Source of the DNA: a virus
Taxonomy: Duplodnaviria; Caudoviricetes
Length of the DNA: 64,000 nt
Reading direction: 5' to 3' (one strand)
IMG/VR virus record: IMGVR_UViG_3300042924_004272
Location: 126 to 64,125 of that record
Below the pieces are notes generated by a model. The model had not been told where the DNA came from, searched no databases, and saw only the letters and a program-made list of their open reading frames with translations. Within the stretch, counting starts at the first letter, position 1. Every line of letters starts with the position of its first letter. Of the stretch, positions 10,032 through 20,196 are shown one piece after another. The position numbers and the translations under genes were made by a program.

Positions 10032-12167
10032 TTAACAAGGGTTTTGATTTCTAAACTTGTTTGCTGCTGCGCTTGCCGCTTGTGCTGCTAGTGTAGTTGC
10101 TTTCTGCTTTGCATCTGCCAAAGAAACAAAAGACTCCGCACTAGCGGTTGCGGTGGCGGATACCCCAAGTGTTGGACTTCCCGCAGGGCAATTTAGTGTG
10201 ATTGTTTGACTCTCGGTAGCAAACCAAGATTGCTGATTTAAACTTGGTTGCTCATATGGTGTAGGCAAGAGTTCGACCGTGTTGCTTGATCCGTCCTCAT
10301 GAACAACACAAGATTTCAACTCATCTCTTTGGGGTCTTCCAACGGAAATCTCTTGCCATGGATCCATGAACATACGAGCCGCTTCTACACCTAGTTCACC
10401 ACACCATTCGATAAGAAAACTAAATGCCTTGTCCACATCCAACGAGTCCTTTGATTCGCAGGAATTTGTTAGTGGTCTCTGTACCGATTCAGTAATCACC
10501 CTACGGTATTGGTTTCTTAGGATACCATAGTTGTAGATCTCATCCGCAAGGGGTGTGTTTTCAAACTGGTAATCACTTGTGACAGCAAGGAGTCGAGTGT
10601 TGAGGATCTGTTCATATGTTCCCTTTCCCCCTCTGTAGGAAACTCGTAGATCCACAGTTCCTCCAATTTGAGTACAATCCAACTCACCGTACTTTATCTG
10701 CTTTAGTTCCATGCCATCACCTAGCAATGCGGTCTCTGCTTGGCAATAAATGCGATTATATTTTGTGGTGGCAGTGCCATCCGGATTTAGTTGCAGATAA
10801 CTATCAATCCGTTCTGGCAAGAAGGATTCCCACAAGTGATTGAACGAACCATCATTGGTGGAAACATAGTCAACCGAAAGATGGAACAACCTCTGTTGAT
10901 TCTGAACTGTCCCAGGTAACCATTCGATTGGTCTAGTACCAGTCCACACCCCATTCCATGCAGGGGTTGTTTTTGATTGGTTCAATTCACTGGCAACTGC
11001 GTAATCGAGAACCATGGTTGCACTTGGCAATGGTTCCAAATATGGAACGGAGCAAAGGAAATAATTCTCAAATGATGTAGCACAAATCCCGGTAGTATTT
11101 GCTGGCATCAACCTCTTGATTCTTGCCATTTCAACATCCTTAAAAAGGACTTGTGAGGTCAAGTATGCACTTGATGCCACGTTTGCATTTACCAAACCAC
11201 CTTTTGAATACCACCACATGAGACCGGCCTGAAATGCAACTGACTTCCCTGCTACACACCCAACGGTTGGATACAGAGTATTCTGGAAGTTTGCCGTCGT
11301 GATCCATTGAGACCTGTCTAGAACACCACTTGCAAGGGAGTAGGTTGATCTGTCGGTGAAAACAATGAGTCGAGTGTCGTTGTTCTGACCCACATAATCC
11401 ACAAGCGCTGTTACTGTCCTTGGGAATGAAAAGTCACCCCTTCCCGCCCCCTCTGTCCTCTCAACCCAACTAAATGGATTGCCGAGGTCGGATGCCAAAA
11501 CGATGTTTCTAGCGGCAACCCAAAGTCGATTTCCGGAATATGCCATCCAATACCCAATTGGGATGTTGCTGTCTTGCGCCCCGGTTGTATTGCTTCCGTC
11601 CCAATACCCAGGAGAGTTTATGCCGTCTTGGATGATGACTACCCTGTTGGAGGGGGTCACGGTCACATCTCCACCGGAACTCAAGGTGGATGTTTGGGTT
11701 GCGACGGTAAAGACAAACTCACTGACCGAGGGGTCTAGTGAGATCCCGGTAAGTTTGTACTCATCCCAATCCCTTGGTTGCTCTAGGGGGAAGGGAGCAA
11801 AGTATACCGACCCACCGACGGCAAACAAAATATATGGCAACTCACTCTCAAATGACTGGGTTCCATCGTAGTTGTAGATTGTCTCTTGAGTTGTGGTTGT
11901 GCCACCGGAGGTGGTGTTGACTTGCGCTGCTTTAAATTGCTTGTTTGAAGCAAAGAAGCACCCGCCTTGGAGGTTTCCTGGGGGCAATGAAAGTTTCATG
12001 CCTTGACCGGGACGAGTTTGCGCCAAACCACCACGAACGGTGATGTTTACTCCCCACTTGAGTTGGTCGGCAGGAAGATTCCAAGGGTTGCGGACGCTAT
12101 TGACACCACCAACCCATCCAGTAGTGACCCTTTCAACCCTTCCAGCAGTTACATTGGGTGACTTCAT
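10032..12167 (-). CDS. Tail nozzle/stabilisation protein (tail tubular B-like)
   Basis: 711-aa beta-rich protein; N-terminal GGVNSV..P...N.....GG...RPG and propeller-like GNRLWVA; follows the adaptor gene. Confidence 0.65.
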   Translation of the reverse strand: MKSPNVTAGRVERVTTGWVGGVNSVRNPWNLPADQLKWGVNITVRGGLAQTRPGQGMKLSLPPGNLQGGCFFASNKQFKAAQVNTTSGGTTTTQETIYNYDGTQSFESELPYILFAVGGSVYFAPFPLEQPRDWDEYKLTGISLDPSVSEFVFTVATQTSTLSSGGDVTVTPSNRVVIIQDGINSPGYWDGSNTTGAQDSNIPIGYWMAYSGNRLWVAARNIVLASDLGNPFSWVERTEGAGRGDFSFPRTVTALVDYVGQNNDTRLIVFTDRSTYSLASGVLDRSQWITTANFQNTLYPTVGCVAGKSVAFQAGLMWWYSKGGLVNANVASSAYLTSQVLFKDVEMARIKRLMPANTTGICATSFENYFLCSVPYLEPLPSATMVLDYAVASELNQSKTTPAWNGVWTGTRPIEWLPGTVQNQQRLFHLSVDYVSTNDGSFNHLWESFLPERIDSYLQLNPDGTATTKYNRIYCQAETALLGDGMELKQIKYGELDCTQIGGTVDLRVSYRGGKGTYEQILNTRLLAVTSDYQFENTPLADEIYNYGILRNQYRRVITESVQRPLTNSCESKDSLDVDKAFSFLIEWCGELGVEAARMFMDPWQEISVGRPQRDELKSCVVHEDGSSNTVELLPTPYEQPSLNQQSWFATESQTITLNCPAGSPTLGVSATATASAESFVSLADAKQKATTLAAQAASAAANKFRNQNPC

Positions 12168-12173
12168 GGGAGG

Positions 12174-15100
12174 TTAAAACATTACTGGATCTGTGCCATC
12201 CCCATAAGTCAAATTATTGATTTGTGGGGGGTTAAAGGCATGACCTTCCATGCTGTTCTGTTGGTTCTTCAAGTAGTTTAGGGCCATGCCCCAATACCTT
12301 TGCGCCTGCTCCAAGAAATCTTTGTCCTCAAGATCAACGGCATGCACCGCGGCAATGATTGCCCTCTCTTGCTCCACCGGAATGTAGTCGTACAGACTAT
12401 TAATCTTGGGGGCGCGGACACGATAGATGATTCTAGCCCAAGCACAAGGTTTCCCAATACGAACCCTGCGATACATGGGGTTCACTTCGTCCGGATGGTA
12501 TTGTCCGATTAGTGCCATGTCATTGCTGCGGCCGTAGTCATATGCATATAGGCTCACATAACCCTCTGTTTTGGGTTTTTCAACATGATACACTGCCTTC
12601 ACAAGGGTGAGATCCTTGACGGCGTCTAGAAAGAAAGTACTAGAAGTGGTATCCCCTACGTTCTGGTAGGAAATTCTACCACTTGTGCTATTTGTGTTTT
12701 GGGAATGGGAAAGGGTGTCGTACAGTTCGATCTCCGTTTTACTTATGAAACGCGTGAAATATGGAGTCCCAGCGGTTAAGGCAGTGGGAAGGGTGTCGTC
12801 ACTATTTGCTCGAGGTATGACTTCCGTTCCAGTGTCAAAAAAGACATTTGCAAAAGTAATTTTAGTTGAGGGAGAAACTGTGAAGTCTCGGACAATATTC
12901 AATGCCAACCTTCCAATACCAAGAGTAGTAAAGGTAACTTGAACATTATTTAAAAATACCTCTAGGTTTGACTCAACTATTCTAACTGTGTAGTCGGTTC
13001 CAGCAACTAGGGGGGATGGCAATGTGCCTGTAGAAGTGAATCTAACAATTTCATCATTCGATAGGTATTGGATGTTGGGGACAGCGAGTTGGTTGTTGTA
13101 TGGAACTGCAGTTACAACATCCTCAATCGCATAGTATGTTTGACCAACACCAAGTGCCAAGACTTGAATCAATCCGGTTGTTCCGGACCCTTGAGCGTTC
13201 ACTAGACTATTAAAAATTTGTGCCGTTGTGTCTGTGCTCCTCCTTATATAATAAGGTGTGACCGAATCGATTGCGGGGGAAGTAGTCGGCAAGAGATAGT
13301 CGGATGCAAAGTAAATTTCAGTTCCTGTAGGAGTTGCCGAAAAATCACCCGTCCATACATCCGTAAAATCAACGGCAAAAGAACGAGCTATGACAACATA
13401 GAAAGTACCTGAGCCAAGGGAGGTAATGTTTACTGGCGTGAAATCGTTCTCAACAACGGTGAATCCTGTTGATGACAATGGCGCTTCCGCGCGGTACGAC
13501 CTTCCGGAAATAAGAGGGGCTGGCATTACACCAGTACTTGCGAACTCCACAAATGCGCCAGTTGATGGGATGAGAGTAACAGTTGGAGCAGAGGAATACC
13601 CGGTTCCTTGTGAAACAACATTGATTGCCGTCACAATCCCCCCCTCTACGACTGTGGTTGCTGATGCTCCGGTTCCCCCACCACCGGAAAGACTTACAGC
13701 AGGAGCATTAGTGTATCCACTACCACCATTTGTTATGGTATACGAGGTTACAAAACTAGTTGTAAGCGTTGATGTGGCAGCGGCATTGCTACCGACTCCT
13801 GTGATTATAACTCTAGGTGGGAATTGATACCCGGTTCCTGGGTTATCGATCACAATGTTGGTGACGGTATTTGCGCTTGTTAGAGCATGCGCAGTGCATC
13901 CGGTTCCAACCGGATCCAAAACCAAGGAGGTGACTTGACCACCACTAACAATGGCATGTGCTGCAGCACCAAATCCACCACCACTTTGAATAACGACGGT
14001 AGGAGCAGAAGTGTATCCGCTTCCCCCACTAACTTGAGTGAAGGATGTGATTTTTCCACCAGCGATGTTTGCCGTGTAGACCGCAACGGTTGTGGGGTTC
14101 CCACCAACAAATGAAACTGAAGGGGTTGAGACATATCCGGTTCCACCCGTGCTGTCAAAAGTCACGGCAGGAGGTGTTGTGTATCCGGTTCCTGCATTCG
14201 TGACATTAATATCCGAAACTATACCAACGACATTTGCAACTGCTGTTGCTCCTACTCCTGTGGCCGGTGACAAACCTACTCCGTCTGCTTGGATATTGCT
14301 AGTTCTTCCCGTGACAGCCGTGGCAGGAATCAATTTATTCAAAGAATTCTGTCCACTACCGGAAGTGGTAAAGCATATTGGATTTGTTCCGGTTTGTGCA
14401 TCTTGACCTGTGGTGTGCAGAGTCACAGCCTTGGGGTCGATCACATAAACATAATAGTTTTGACCGGATACCAATGGTTCTGGGAGGTTCCCACCATTTG
14501 AGTATGCTTGAACGATGTCCCCGGTGTTATAGAAATGGGGAATCGTGAATGTGAGTTTGGTAATCGCAGCAATGTTTTTCCTTAAAAAAGCACTAAAAGA
14601 TCCTGCTGTTCCGGTAAGGTAAATTGGATTTTTATTTGCTTGAGCATCCGCAAGAGTTGAAAAAATCTGCAGGTTGGTAGAGTCCAAAGCATTTGCAAAA
14701 TATGTTGCCCCACTAACCAAAGGAGTTGGAAGCACGGCACCACTAAAGGAGATCTCATTGCCAACATTCAATGAAATGGAGGGAGTGCTACTTAGTTCGA
14801 TGCTAGATATGACATTGGCACTCCTAGAGTCAGTTAGTCTTAAAGTTCCGGAACCAACAATACTAGACAATGAAATCGGATACTGACCACTTTGAGCATA
14901 AAGTGGGTCGTTATAAAGTTGTATGGTGGTGGGATTAACAACTCCAACAAAGTATTGGTTTGAGTCTGTAATCCCGGTTGGGGTTGTTCCACTAACTGTG
15001 GATAGAATCATCCCTTGACCGGAATCCAATTGGTGAGGAGTTGCGGAGGTGAACTCATTGATTGGGGAGACAGCGACCTCCCTAGTGGCAATAGTGTTGC

Positions 15101-15626
15101 CATCCGGGGCAATACTACCCATTGCAAAGTCACTAATACTATGGATTGGGATCGTGAGTCCATCCAACCCAAGTCCATTTTCTGTTTGAGATCGCAAATC
15201 GCGATTCCATTGATCTGTTCCAATTATGCGAATAGTCCCGCCGACATCCGCATCACTTTCGGCAACAGCAATAACTTGAGATGGTTGCCGAATGTCCATT
15301 TGGGTAGCGACAACACCTCGATCATCCCAGGCCCAATCGACGGTATTGTATACACCACCCTTGTTGACATGGTATTGGAACAGTCTTCCCCTAAAATAGG
15401 TAGGAGAACCATCAACGTTGATGGCTAGAGGGACTTCTACATCCCTCGGCAAGGTTACGGTCACGCCATCCCAACCCGTGCAAACATCAACTTCACGGTT
15501 AGTGTGGAACCAATGCCCACTTTCCATGAGTGCTTGAACGGCTTGCGTGAGTTTCCGGAATACCTTGGCTTGGTCAATAGTTCCAAGAATCTCAGCCGCC
15601 TCATCAAAAATTTCTGAGACGAACAT
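12174..15626 (-). CDS. Head-tail adaptor-like protein with a large internal insertion of beta-repeat modules
   Basis: Helical N- and C-termini flank repeated P.PL..G..YY modules and G(S/T)GY(T/S).AP.V repeats. Confidence 0.6.
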   Translation of the reverse strand: MFVSEIFDEAAEILGTIDQAKVFRKLTQAVQALMESGHWFHTNREVDVCTGWDGVTVTLPRDVEVPLAINVDGSPTYFRGRLFQYHVNKGGVYNTVDWAWDDRGVVATQMDIRQPSQVIAVAESDADVGGTIRIIGTDQWNRDLRSQTENGLGLDGLTIPIHSISDFAMGSIAPDGNTIATREVAVSPINEFTSATPHQLDSGQGMILSTVSGTTPTGITDSNQYFVGVVNPTTIQLYNDPLYAQSGQYPISLSSIVGSGTLRLTDSRSANVISSIELSSTPSISLNVGNEISFSGAVLPTPLVSGATYFANALDSTNLQIFSTLADAQANKNPIYLTGTAGSFSAFLRKNIAAITKLTFTIPHFYNTGDIVQAYSNGGNLPEPLVSGQNYYVYVIDPKAVTLHTTGQDAQTGTNPICFTTSGSGQNSLNKLIPATAVTGRTSNIQADGVGLSPATGVGATAVANVVGIVSDINVTNAGTGYTTPPAVTFDSTGGTGYVSTPSVSFVGGNPTTVAVYTANIAGGKITSFTQVSGGSGYTSAPTVVIQSGGGFGAAAHAIVSGGQVTSLVLDPVGTGCTAHALTSANTVTNIVIDNPGTGYQFPPRVIITGVGSNAAATSTLTTSFVTSYTITNGGSGYTNAPAVSLSGGGGTGASATTVVEGGIVTAINVVSQGTGYSSAPTVTLIPSTGAFVEFASTGVMPAPLISGRSYRAEAPLSSTGFTVVENDFTPVNITSLGSGTFYVVIARSFAVDFTDVWTGDFSATPTGTEIYFASDYLLPTTSPAIDSVTPYYIRRSTDTTAQIFNSLVNAQGSGTTGLIQVLALGVGQTYYAIEDVVTAVPYNNQLAVPNIQYLSNDEIVRFTSTGTLPSPLVAGTDYTVRIVESNLEVFLNNVQVTFTTLGIGRLALNIVRDFTVSPSTKITFANVFFDTGTEVIPRANSDDTLPTALTAGTPYFTRFISKTEIELYDTLSHSQNTNSTSGRISYQNVGDTTSSTFFLDAVKDLTLVKAVYHVEKPKTEGYVSLYAYDYGRSNDMALIGQYHPDEVNPMYRRVRIGKPCAWARIIYRVRAPKINSLYDYIPVEQERAIIAAVHAVDLEDKDFLEQAQRYWGMALNYLKNQQNSMEGHAFNPPQINNLTYGDGTDPVMF

Positions 15627-15639
15627 AGTTTTTTAGTTT

Positions 15640-15990
15640 TTAGCGACCGCGGTTGCTTAGTTCTTGAGCGAAATTTGCAAGATCCTGCTCATCCGCAGAT
15701 GCCATATCGGCCGGCGGCATTTCTGTTCCTGCTTCTTCCGGTGCAGGAACCTCTTGAGATGCCATTGCCTCTGCATTTACCTTGCCGGCCGCTTGATCAA
15801 GCGCCCCTGCGAGTTGAATCACGAGTTGATGGATGGCATCGAATGCTTCCTTGGGAAGTTGCACCATGACGGAACCACCATCAGTGGGAGCTCCAATATC
15901 GGTTGGAGGCATCATATCGGTCGGTTCACTCATGGGAGCTGGTTTAGGGAGGGATTCTCCCGTGGGAGGCATGGAGGTGTCAGTAGGCAT
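15640..15990 (-). CDS. Hypothetical protein (Pro/Met/acidic-rich)
   Basis: ORF tiles with its neighbours. Confidence 0.65.
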   Translation of the reverse strand: MPTDTSMPPTGESLPKPAPMSEPTDMMPPTDIGAPTDGGSVMVQLPKEAFDAIHQLVIQLAGALDQAAGKVNAEAMASQEVPAPEEAGTEMPPADMASADEQDLANFAQELSNRGR

Positions 15991-15994
15991 GGGA

Positions 15995-16381
15995 TTAATC
16001 GTCGTCGTTTGAGTTTTCTTCAGACGCTGCTTCTAGTCCCTTCTCGATGGCGTCCTCATCGTCAGGTTCGACCTCCTTGGTCTCATAAGTTTCGGAATCA
16101 CCGGATGGTTTAAGTCCATGAATCTCAAGTTCAATGCAGTAGTTGGTTGAAGTCTCCCCCTGGCGATCAACTTTTTCTGTCCGTTCCATGACTTTTTTGA
16201 AATGGATAATTGCCGTGCCTTCTTTGGGGAGGTTTTTCAAACCCTCTGGTGCATGGGAAAAATAAAGTGAGGGATAGTGGACTTTGTCCTCCATTTCCTC
16301 TTGCTTGTAGGATTCCATCGATGACTTCTCACCGAGATCGTGAAAACCATCCGGAAGTGTGACTTTAGTTGAGTATGGCAT
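15995..16381 (-). CDS. Hypothetical acidic protein
   Basis: ORF tiles with its neighbours. Confidence 0.7.
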   Translation of the reverse strand: MPYSTKVTLPDGFHDLGEKSSMESYKQEEMEDKVHYPSLYFSHAPEGLKNLPKEGTAIIHFKKVMERTEKVDRQGETSTNYCIELEIHGLKPSGDSETYETKEVEPDDEDAIEKGLEAASEENSNDDD

Positions 16382-16393
16382 GATATTTAAAGG

Positions 16394-17599
16394 TTAACGG
16401 ACTCTGCGGGCACGGATTGTTCCTCTTCCTGTAATTGAGCTCAATCCTCCATTAGCAAACCCAATCAAATAAACAATTGTGCTTGTTGATAGTGATAGAC
16501 GAACTTCCGGTGAGGCAAAGATTTGAGTTTGAGTCGCCGCATTTCCAGCATGAACAACAAATTGAGAATAGGTGTCTAGTGCTCCAAGGGTTGCGGATGT
16601 CGTGGTAATGCCACCCTGCAATGTAAAGGTAGTACTGTTCGTTGTCGTGTAGGTAAGGTTTACATTGCCTGAAACATCCCAATCACCAGCGGATAGTGTG
16701 ATTGAAGTGATGTTTGTCACAACATTCTGGGTCAAAGAAGTTCCAGCGGTGTTTTGACTAAGAATGTATTCGCCAACATATCCTGCAGTGGCAGAGTCAT
16801 TGGTGTTCGTCCCTATGTGATCAATAGTCCATGCCGGGGAACCCGCGTTTTGGGTTAGAAGTCTACCAGTGGCCCCAGCGGCAAGGTATCCGGTTGCTCC
16901 AGCTGCCGTCTGATAGGGAATGGATCCCGTGGCTCCAGCTGAAAGGTTGGTTGCGGATGATGCATTTCCAGTGACTGTTCCAGTCAAATTGCCAATCACG
17001 TTTCCAGTGACGCTTCCAGTAACGTTACCAACAACATTTCCAGTAAATTGCGTGGCAGAAATAGTCCCAGCGGCAAAGTTGCCACTACTATCACGAAGAA
17101 CAATCGTACTAGCGCTATTTAAAGCGGTTGCCGTGGTATTGGCGTTTGGAATAACACCAGCAATTTGAGTGGAGGGAAGAGTCACACCAGCTACAAAAGT
17201 CCCAGCACCAATGTTTGAGGCAACGATTCCGGTGGGGTTATTGATTACTGGCGCGGTAAGAGTCTTGTTGGTGAGGGTTTGGACACCATTTAATGTGACT
17301 TCAGGTGGGAAGGTTGAATTGAATGCACGGATTGCATAGCAAAGGAGTCCCTCACCTTCTTCTCTAGGCAACCAACTAATCTCCGCGGGAGAAGTAACCG
17401 GATCGCAAGGGATGTTCCAAACGATACGGCCGTTGACTACGGTCTTTGTGATTGCGGGGGATGTTCCGTAGAGTGCGTTGACCAGGTTGTCGATCAACGA
17501 AGGAACCGACTCGTGGGAAATGTTGGGGTACGGAATGTCTTGACGGCAAGCGTGACCATACGTGTCACCATTATAGGAGGAATTACAATCGCAGCTCAT
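16394..17599 (-). CDS. Tail fibre protein
   Basis: QTLTNKTLTAP, VLRDSSGNF and GNV.G repeats, TNDSATAGYVGE; all typical of phage fibres. Confidence 0.75.
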   Translation of the reverse strand: MSCDCNSSYNGDTYGHACRQDIPYPNISHESVPSLIDNLVNALYGTSPAITKTVVNGRIVWNIPCDPVTSPAEISWLPREEGEGLLCYAIRAFNSTFPPEVTLNGVQTLTNKTLTAPVINNPTGIVASNIGAGTFVAGVTLPSTQIAGVIPNANTTATALNSASTIVLRDSSGNFAAGTISATQFTGNVVGNVTGSVTGNVIGNLTGTVTGNASSATNLSAGATGSIPYQTAAGATGYLAAGATGRLLTQNAGSPAWTIDHIGTNTNDSATAGYVGEYILSQNTAGTSLTQNVVTNITSITLSAGDWDVSGNVNLTYTTTNSTTFTLQGGITTTSATLGALDTYSQFVVHAGNAATQTQIFASPEVRLSLSTSTIVYLIGFANGGLSSITGRGTIRARRVR

Positions 17600-17648
17600 G
17601 AGTTAAGAAAGTAGGGTGCGTAGGACAAGGTGTAAAGATGAAAATGAC

Positions 17649-17930
17649 TTAATGTAGAAGATTTTCCAACACTTTTATCATGGCCTCATCAATCAAATCT
17701 CCACAATCATGGACTGCACCCTCCTCCAAATCCGGGCAGCGGGCATGAATGATTTCATGAGAGATACAATTGAGGAGGGATCCCTTTGCCTTCCTGCGAA
17801 CTACAATCCTCCGATCCTCATAGATGCAAACGGCATCATCGAGGACGCCATTGGTGCTCCCTGGGTTACCAAACTCTATAGTCCAGGTCTTTCCGGCAAT
17901 TTGCAGACTGACTTTTTTCTTTTTGGGCAT
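17649..17930 (-). CDS. Small zincin-like metallopeptidase domain protein
   Basis: HEIIHA...E motif. Confidence 0.6.
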   Translation of the reverse strand: MPKKKKVSLQIAGKTWTIEFGNPGSTNGVLDDAVCIYEDRRIVVRRKAKGSLLNCISHEIIHARCPDLEEGAVHDCGDLIDEAMIKVLENLLH

Positions 17931-18319
17931 GGGATTAGTCCCTCATGTATCATTGTGTGACAATTTGAGCAAACCAAAACACATTTTTTTGCCTCCTCTA
18001 GTAGGTTTTTCATACTAGAGTGCCTTCTAGTGGAGATTGAAAATGACTTTTTAGAGGCATCAACATGATGGAAGTGCAACGCTCCCATGCACTTATCGAA
18101 ACCACAAGATTCGCACTTCCCTCCCCTAATTTCTTTTATAAGAGCACTGTTTGTTTTCCTTTTTTTACTCCTATATTCCTTCTTTTTCTTTGCCGAGGTG
18201 TTGTTTACATAAACAGCAACGGTTGCCTTTGAACACTTTAACTTTTCACTTATTTTATCGTAACTAAAACCCCTTTCTTTAAGGGCAAGAATTTTTTGTT
18301 TTAGGGTAAGTTTCGGCAT
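17876..18319 (-). CDS. HNH endonuclease with N-terminal HTH
   Basis: CESCG...LHFHH...LVCSNCH..IH; N-terminal SYDKISEKLKCSKATV. Confidence 0.85.
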   Translation of the reverse strand: MPKLTLKQKILALKERGFSYDKISEKLKCSKATVAVYVNNTSAKKKKEYRSKKRKTNSALIKEIRGGKCESCGFDKCMGALHFHHVDASKKSFSISTRRHSSMKNLLEEAKKCVLVCSNCHTMIHEGLIPCPKRKKSVCKLPERPGL

Positions 18320-18322
18320 GAG

Positions 18323-18556
18323 TTAATCTTCTGTTTTTTCATACCCTTGATTAACTTCATCAAGGTTTTCGCATGCCCACTTCTCTATTTGCCCTTTTAA
18401 AGCGAATTGGTTGCCATTTAGCACTTCTGCTCGGTAAGTCTCACCATCCTCCACCCAATTCACAAACACTGCCACATTGGCATTGTCTAAAAATTCAGTA
18501 ATGAAGGTGATTGCCCTAGAAATTACCTCAACATATTTTTCTTGTTTTTGAGGCAT
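18323..18556 (-). CDS. Hypothetical protein
   Basis: ORF tiles with its neighbours. Confidence 0.65.
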   Translation of the reverse strand: MPQKQEKYVEVISRAITFITEFLDNANVAVFVNWVEDGETYRAEVLNGNQFALKGQIEKWACENLDEVNQGYEKTED

Positions 18557-18569
18557 GGTATTTAGACCT

Positions 18570-19019
18570 CTAGACGATTGTTTTTCCGGAGGCTACTCTC
18601 TCCCTCAATTGAGTGAGTGTGTATGGAACCCGGTATTGGACATGGGGCTCGTCTAGAATCGATTTCCAATTGCCTCCCCACTCCAAGGAAGGGAACTTCT
18701 CAACGATTTTACCGATATGAGAATAGAATGGACTTTCCCCAAGGTATTTCCCGTTGGCAAATAAACCCAGATCGAGTGCCAGGCCGAAATTGTGATTGCT
18801 TTGTCCACCCTTGGCATTCGTCACTTTTGGCCCTGGTGTTGTTCTCCCTTTTGAGTACAAAGCATCCTGTTCCGCCCAAGTACGGTTACCGGAAATCACT
18901 TTAACTTCTATTCCCTTTTCTTGAAAATATTTTTTACACTCAATCAAGAAGTCCCTCATCACTGGTTGCACTTTCGGCAACAGTGTCGCAATGTTTTTCT
19001 CTGAGCGCTCGTCAATCAT
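18570..19019 (-). CDS. Endolysin, M15 family L-Ala-D-Glu peptidase
   Basis: RTWAEQDALY.KGRT.PG.KVTNA.GGQS.HNFGLALD...WGG.W...DEPH. Confidence 0.92.
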   Translation of the reverse strand: MIDERSEKNIATLLPKVQPVMRDFLIECKKYFQEKGIEVKVISGNRTWAEQDALYSKGRTTPGPKVTNAKGGQSNHNFGLALDLGLFANGKYLGESPFYSHIGKIVEKFPSLEWGGNWKSILDEPHVQYRVPYTLTQLRERVASGKTIV

Positions 19020-19252
19020 GAGGTCTTTTCGGCAAATCTTTGCACAAACTTAGTTGTAGCAACAGCGCCAATTGCGACTTCCAACAAACGAGAAAGATCC
19101 GGGGGAATGTCTTCTCCGGTAATGAACCAACGTGCAACAACGGCAACCAAAAGACCTAGTACAAGGAAGAAACCAATGCGAGTTGCCGAAGCACTTCCAT
19201 CCGGAGCATTGATGACATTACGAAGGAAACTCTTCATACCAATAATTTCCAA
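19016..19252 (-). CDS. Putative holin
   Basis: Two hydrophobic helices; overlaps the endolysin start. Confidence 0.65.
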   Translation of the reverse strand: MEIIGMKSFLRNVINAPDGSASATRIGFFLVLGLLVAVVARWFITGEDIPPDLSRLLEVAIGAVATTKFVQRFAEKTS

Positions 19253-19620
19253 CTAGTTTTGATGCCCACATAAACCACTACACATAAAATGCCAGAAATT
19301 GAAATCAAACGCCAAGTCCACAACTCTTTAAGGGCTTTGATTTGTTTCTCATGCCAGTAAGCGGCATCGTTCTGTGCCTTTGCAAGATCCTTGGATTGCT
19401 GATCAACTTGCGCTTGGTAAGTGTTTACTGCGGAGATTACGTCTTTAATCGCCGCACTTCCTGCGGAGTTTGTAATATGCGGCTTGAGCTTCTCAATGCT
19501 GGTCTTAACTCCAACTACTGATGGCGCAGTATATTGAGCCTTTTCTTTGGAAGCACACCCTAAAGTCGTAAGGCTAAATGCTAAAGTCGTAAGGGCAAAC
19601 GCTAAAGTCGTATGCTTCAT
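19234..19620 (-). CDS. Lipoprotein with C-terminal TM helix (unimolecular-spanin-like)
   Basis: MKHTTLAFALTTLAFSLTTLG-C lipobox, coiled coil, C-terminal hydrophobic helix; lies in the lysis cassette. Confidence 0.6.
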   Translation of the reverse strand: MKHTTLAFALTTLAFSLTTLGCASKEKAQYTAPSVVGVKTSIEKLKPHITNSAGSAAIKDVISAVNTYQAQVDQQSKDLAKAQNDAAYWHEKQIKALKELWTWRLISISGILCVVVYVGIKTSWKLLV

Positions 19621-19808
19621 TTCTTGAATGATTTCAACGCCCCGATTCCTGAAAAGATTGCTATGATTGCGCCGACAAAAGAAACAATCAATGTCATGTT
19701 TTGGAGCCACACATGGGTAGTGTTAAAGAATGAAATAATCAAGGTTAGCAAAGACACAATTGCGCTGGTTGAACCGACATCAGAAGCTGGAGATGGGTTA
19801 TTGTCCAT
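19617..19808 (-). CDS. Small two-TM membrane protein (holin/antiholin-like)
   Basis: Two hydrophobic segments and a basic C-terminus. Confidence 0.55.
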   Translation of the reverse strand: MDNNPSPASDVGSTSAIVSLLTLIISFFNTTHVWLQNMTLIVSFVGAIIAIFSGIGALKSFKK

Positions 19809-20184
19809 TTGAAATGTACTCCCATGCGGCAATGAGACCATCACGCAAATCATTGGGGAGGGTTTCGGACGAGATTGCAAATGTCCTCTGTCCCTCTTGT
19901 GCGGTTACGGAAACAGCGGCGTTGAGTGATTGTCTGAAAGTTTGGACGGCATCTGGATCAGGCTCCTCACCTTTCACCTTTTCGGTAGTATCAACCTTGC
20001 CGCCATCCTCAATAACAACTTGGGAAACGGCCTCCCCCTCGTTGACTTGAGTGCCGAGCCAAGCAAGGAGGTCGTCAGATACGGATTCAAAGGGAGTGGA
20101 GACAAGGTTTACTTGCTCGCAAGCGGCATAGATTCCCCTTGTAAAGTATCTTTTAAGTCCAGAGTTAGAGAAGATAAGTGTCAT
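19798..20184 (-). CDS. Hypothetical protein (possible fibre chaperone)
   Basis: ORF follows a fibre-like gene. Confidence 0.55.
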   Translation of the reverse strand: MTLIFSNSGLKRYFTRGIYAACEQVNLVSTPFESVSDDLLAWLGTQVNEGEAVSQVVIEDGGKVDTTEKVKGEEPDPDAVQTFRQSLNAAVSVTAQEGQRTFAISSETLPNDLRDGLIAAWEYISNGQ

Positions 20185-20196
20185 GGTAGTTTTTGG

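Noticed and set aside
9648-10091. Poly-proline plus-strand ORF
   Set aside because: Antisense reading of the poly-Gly repeat.
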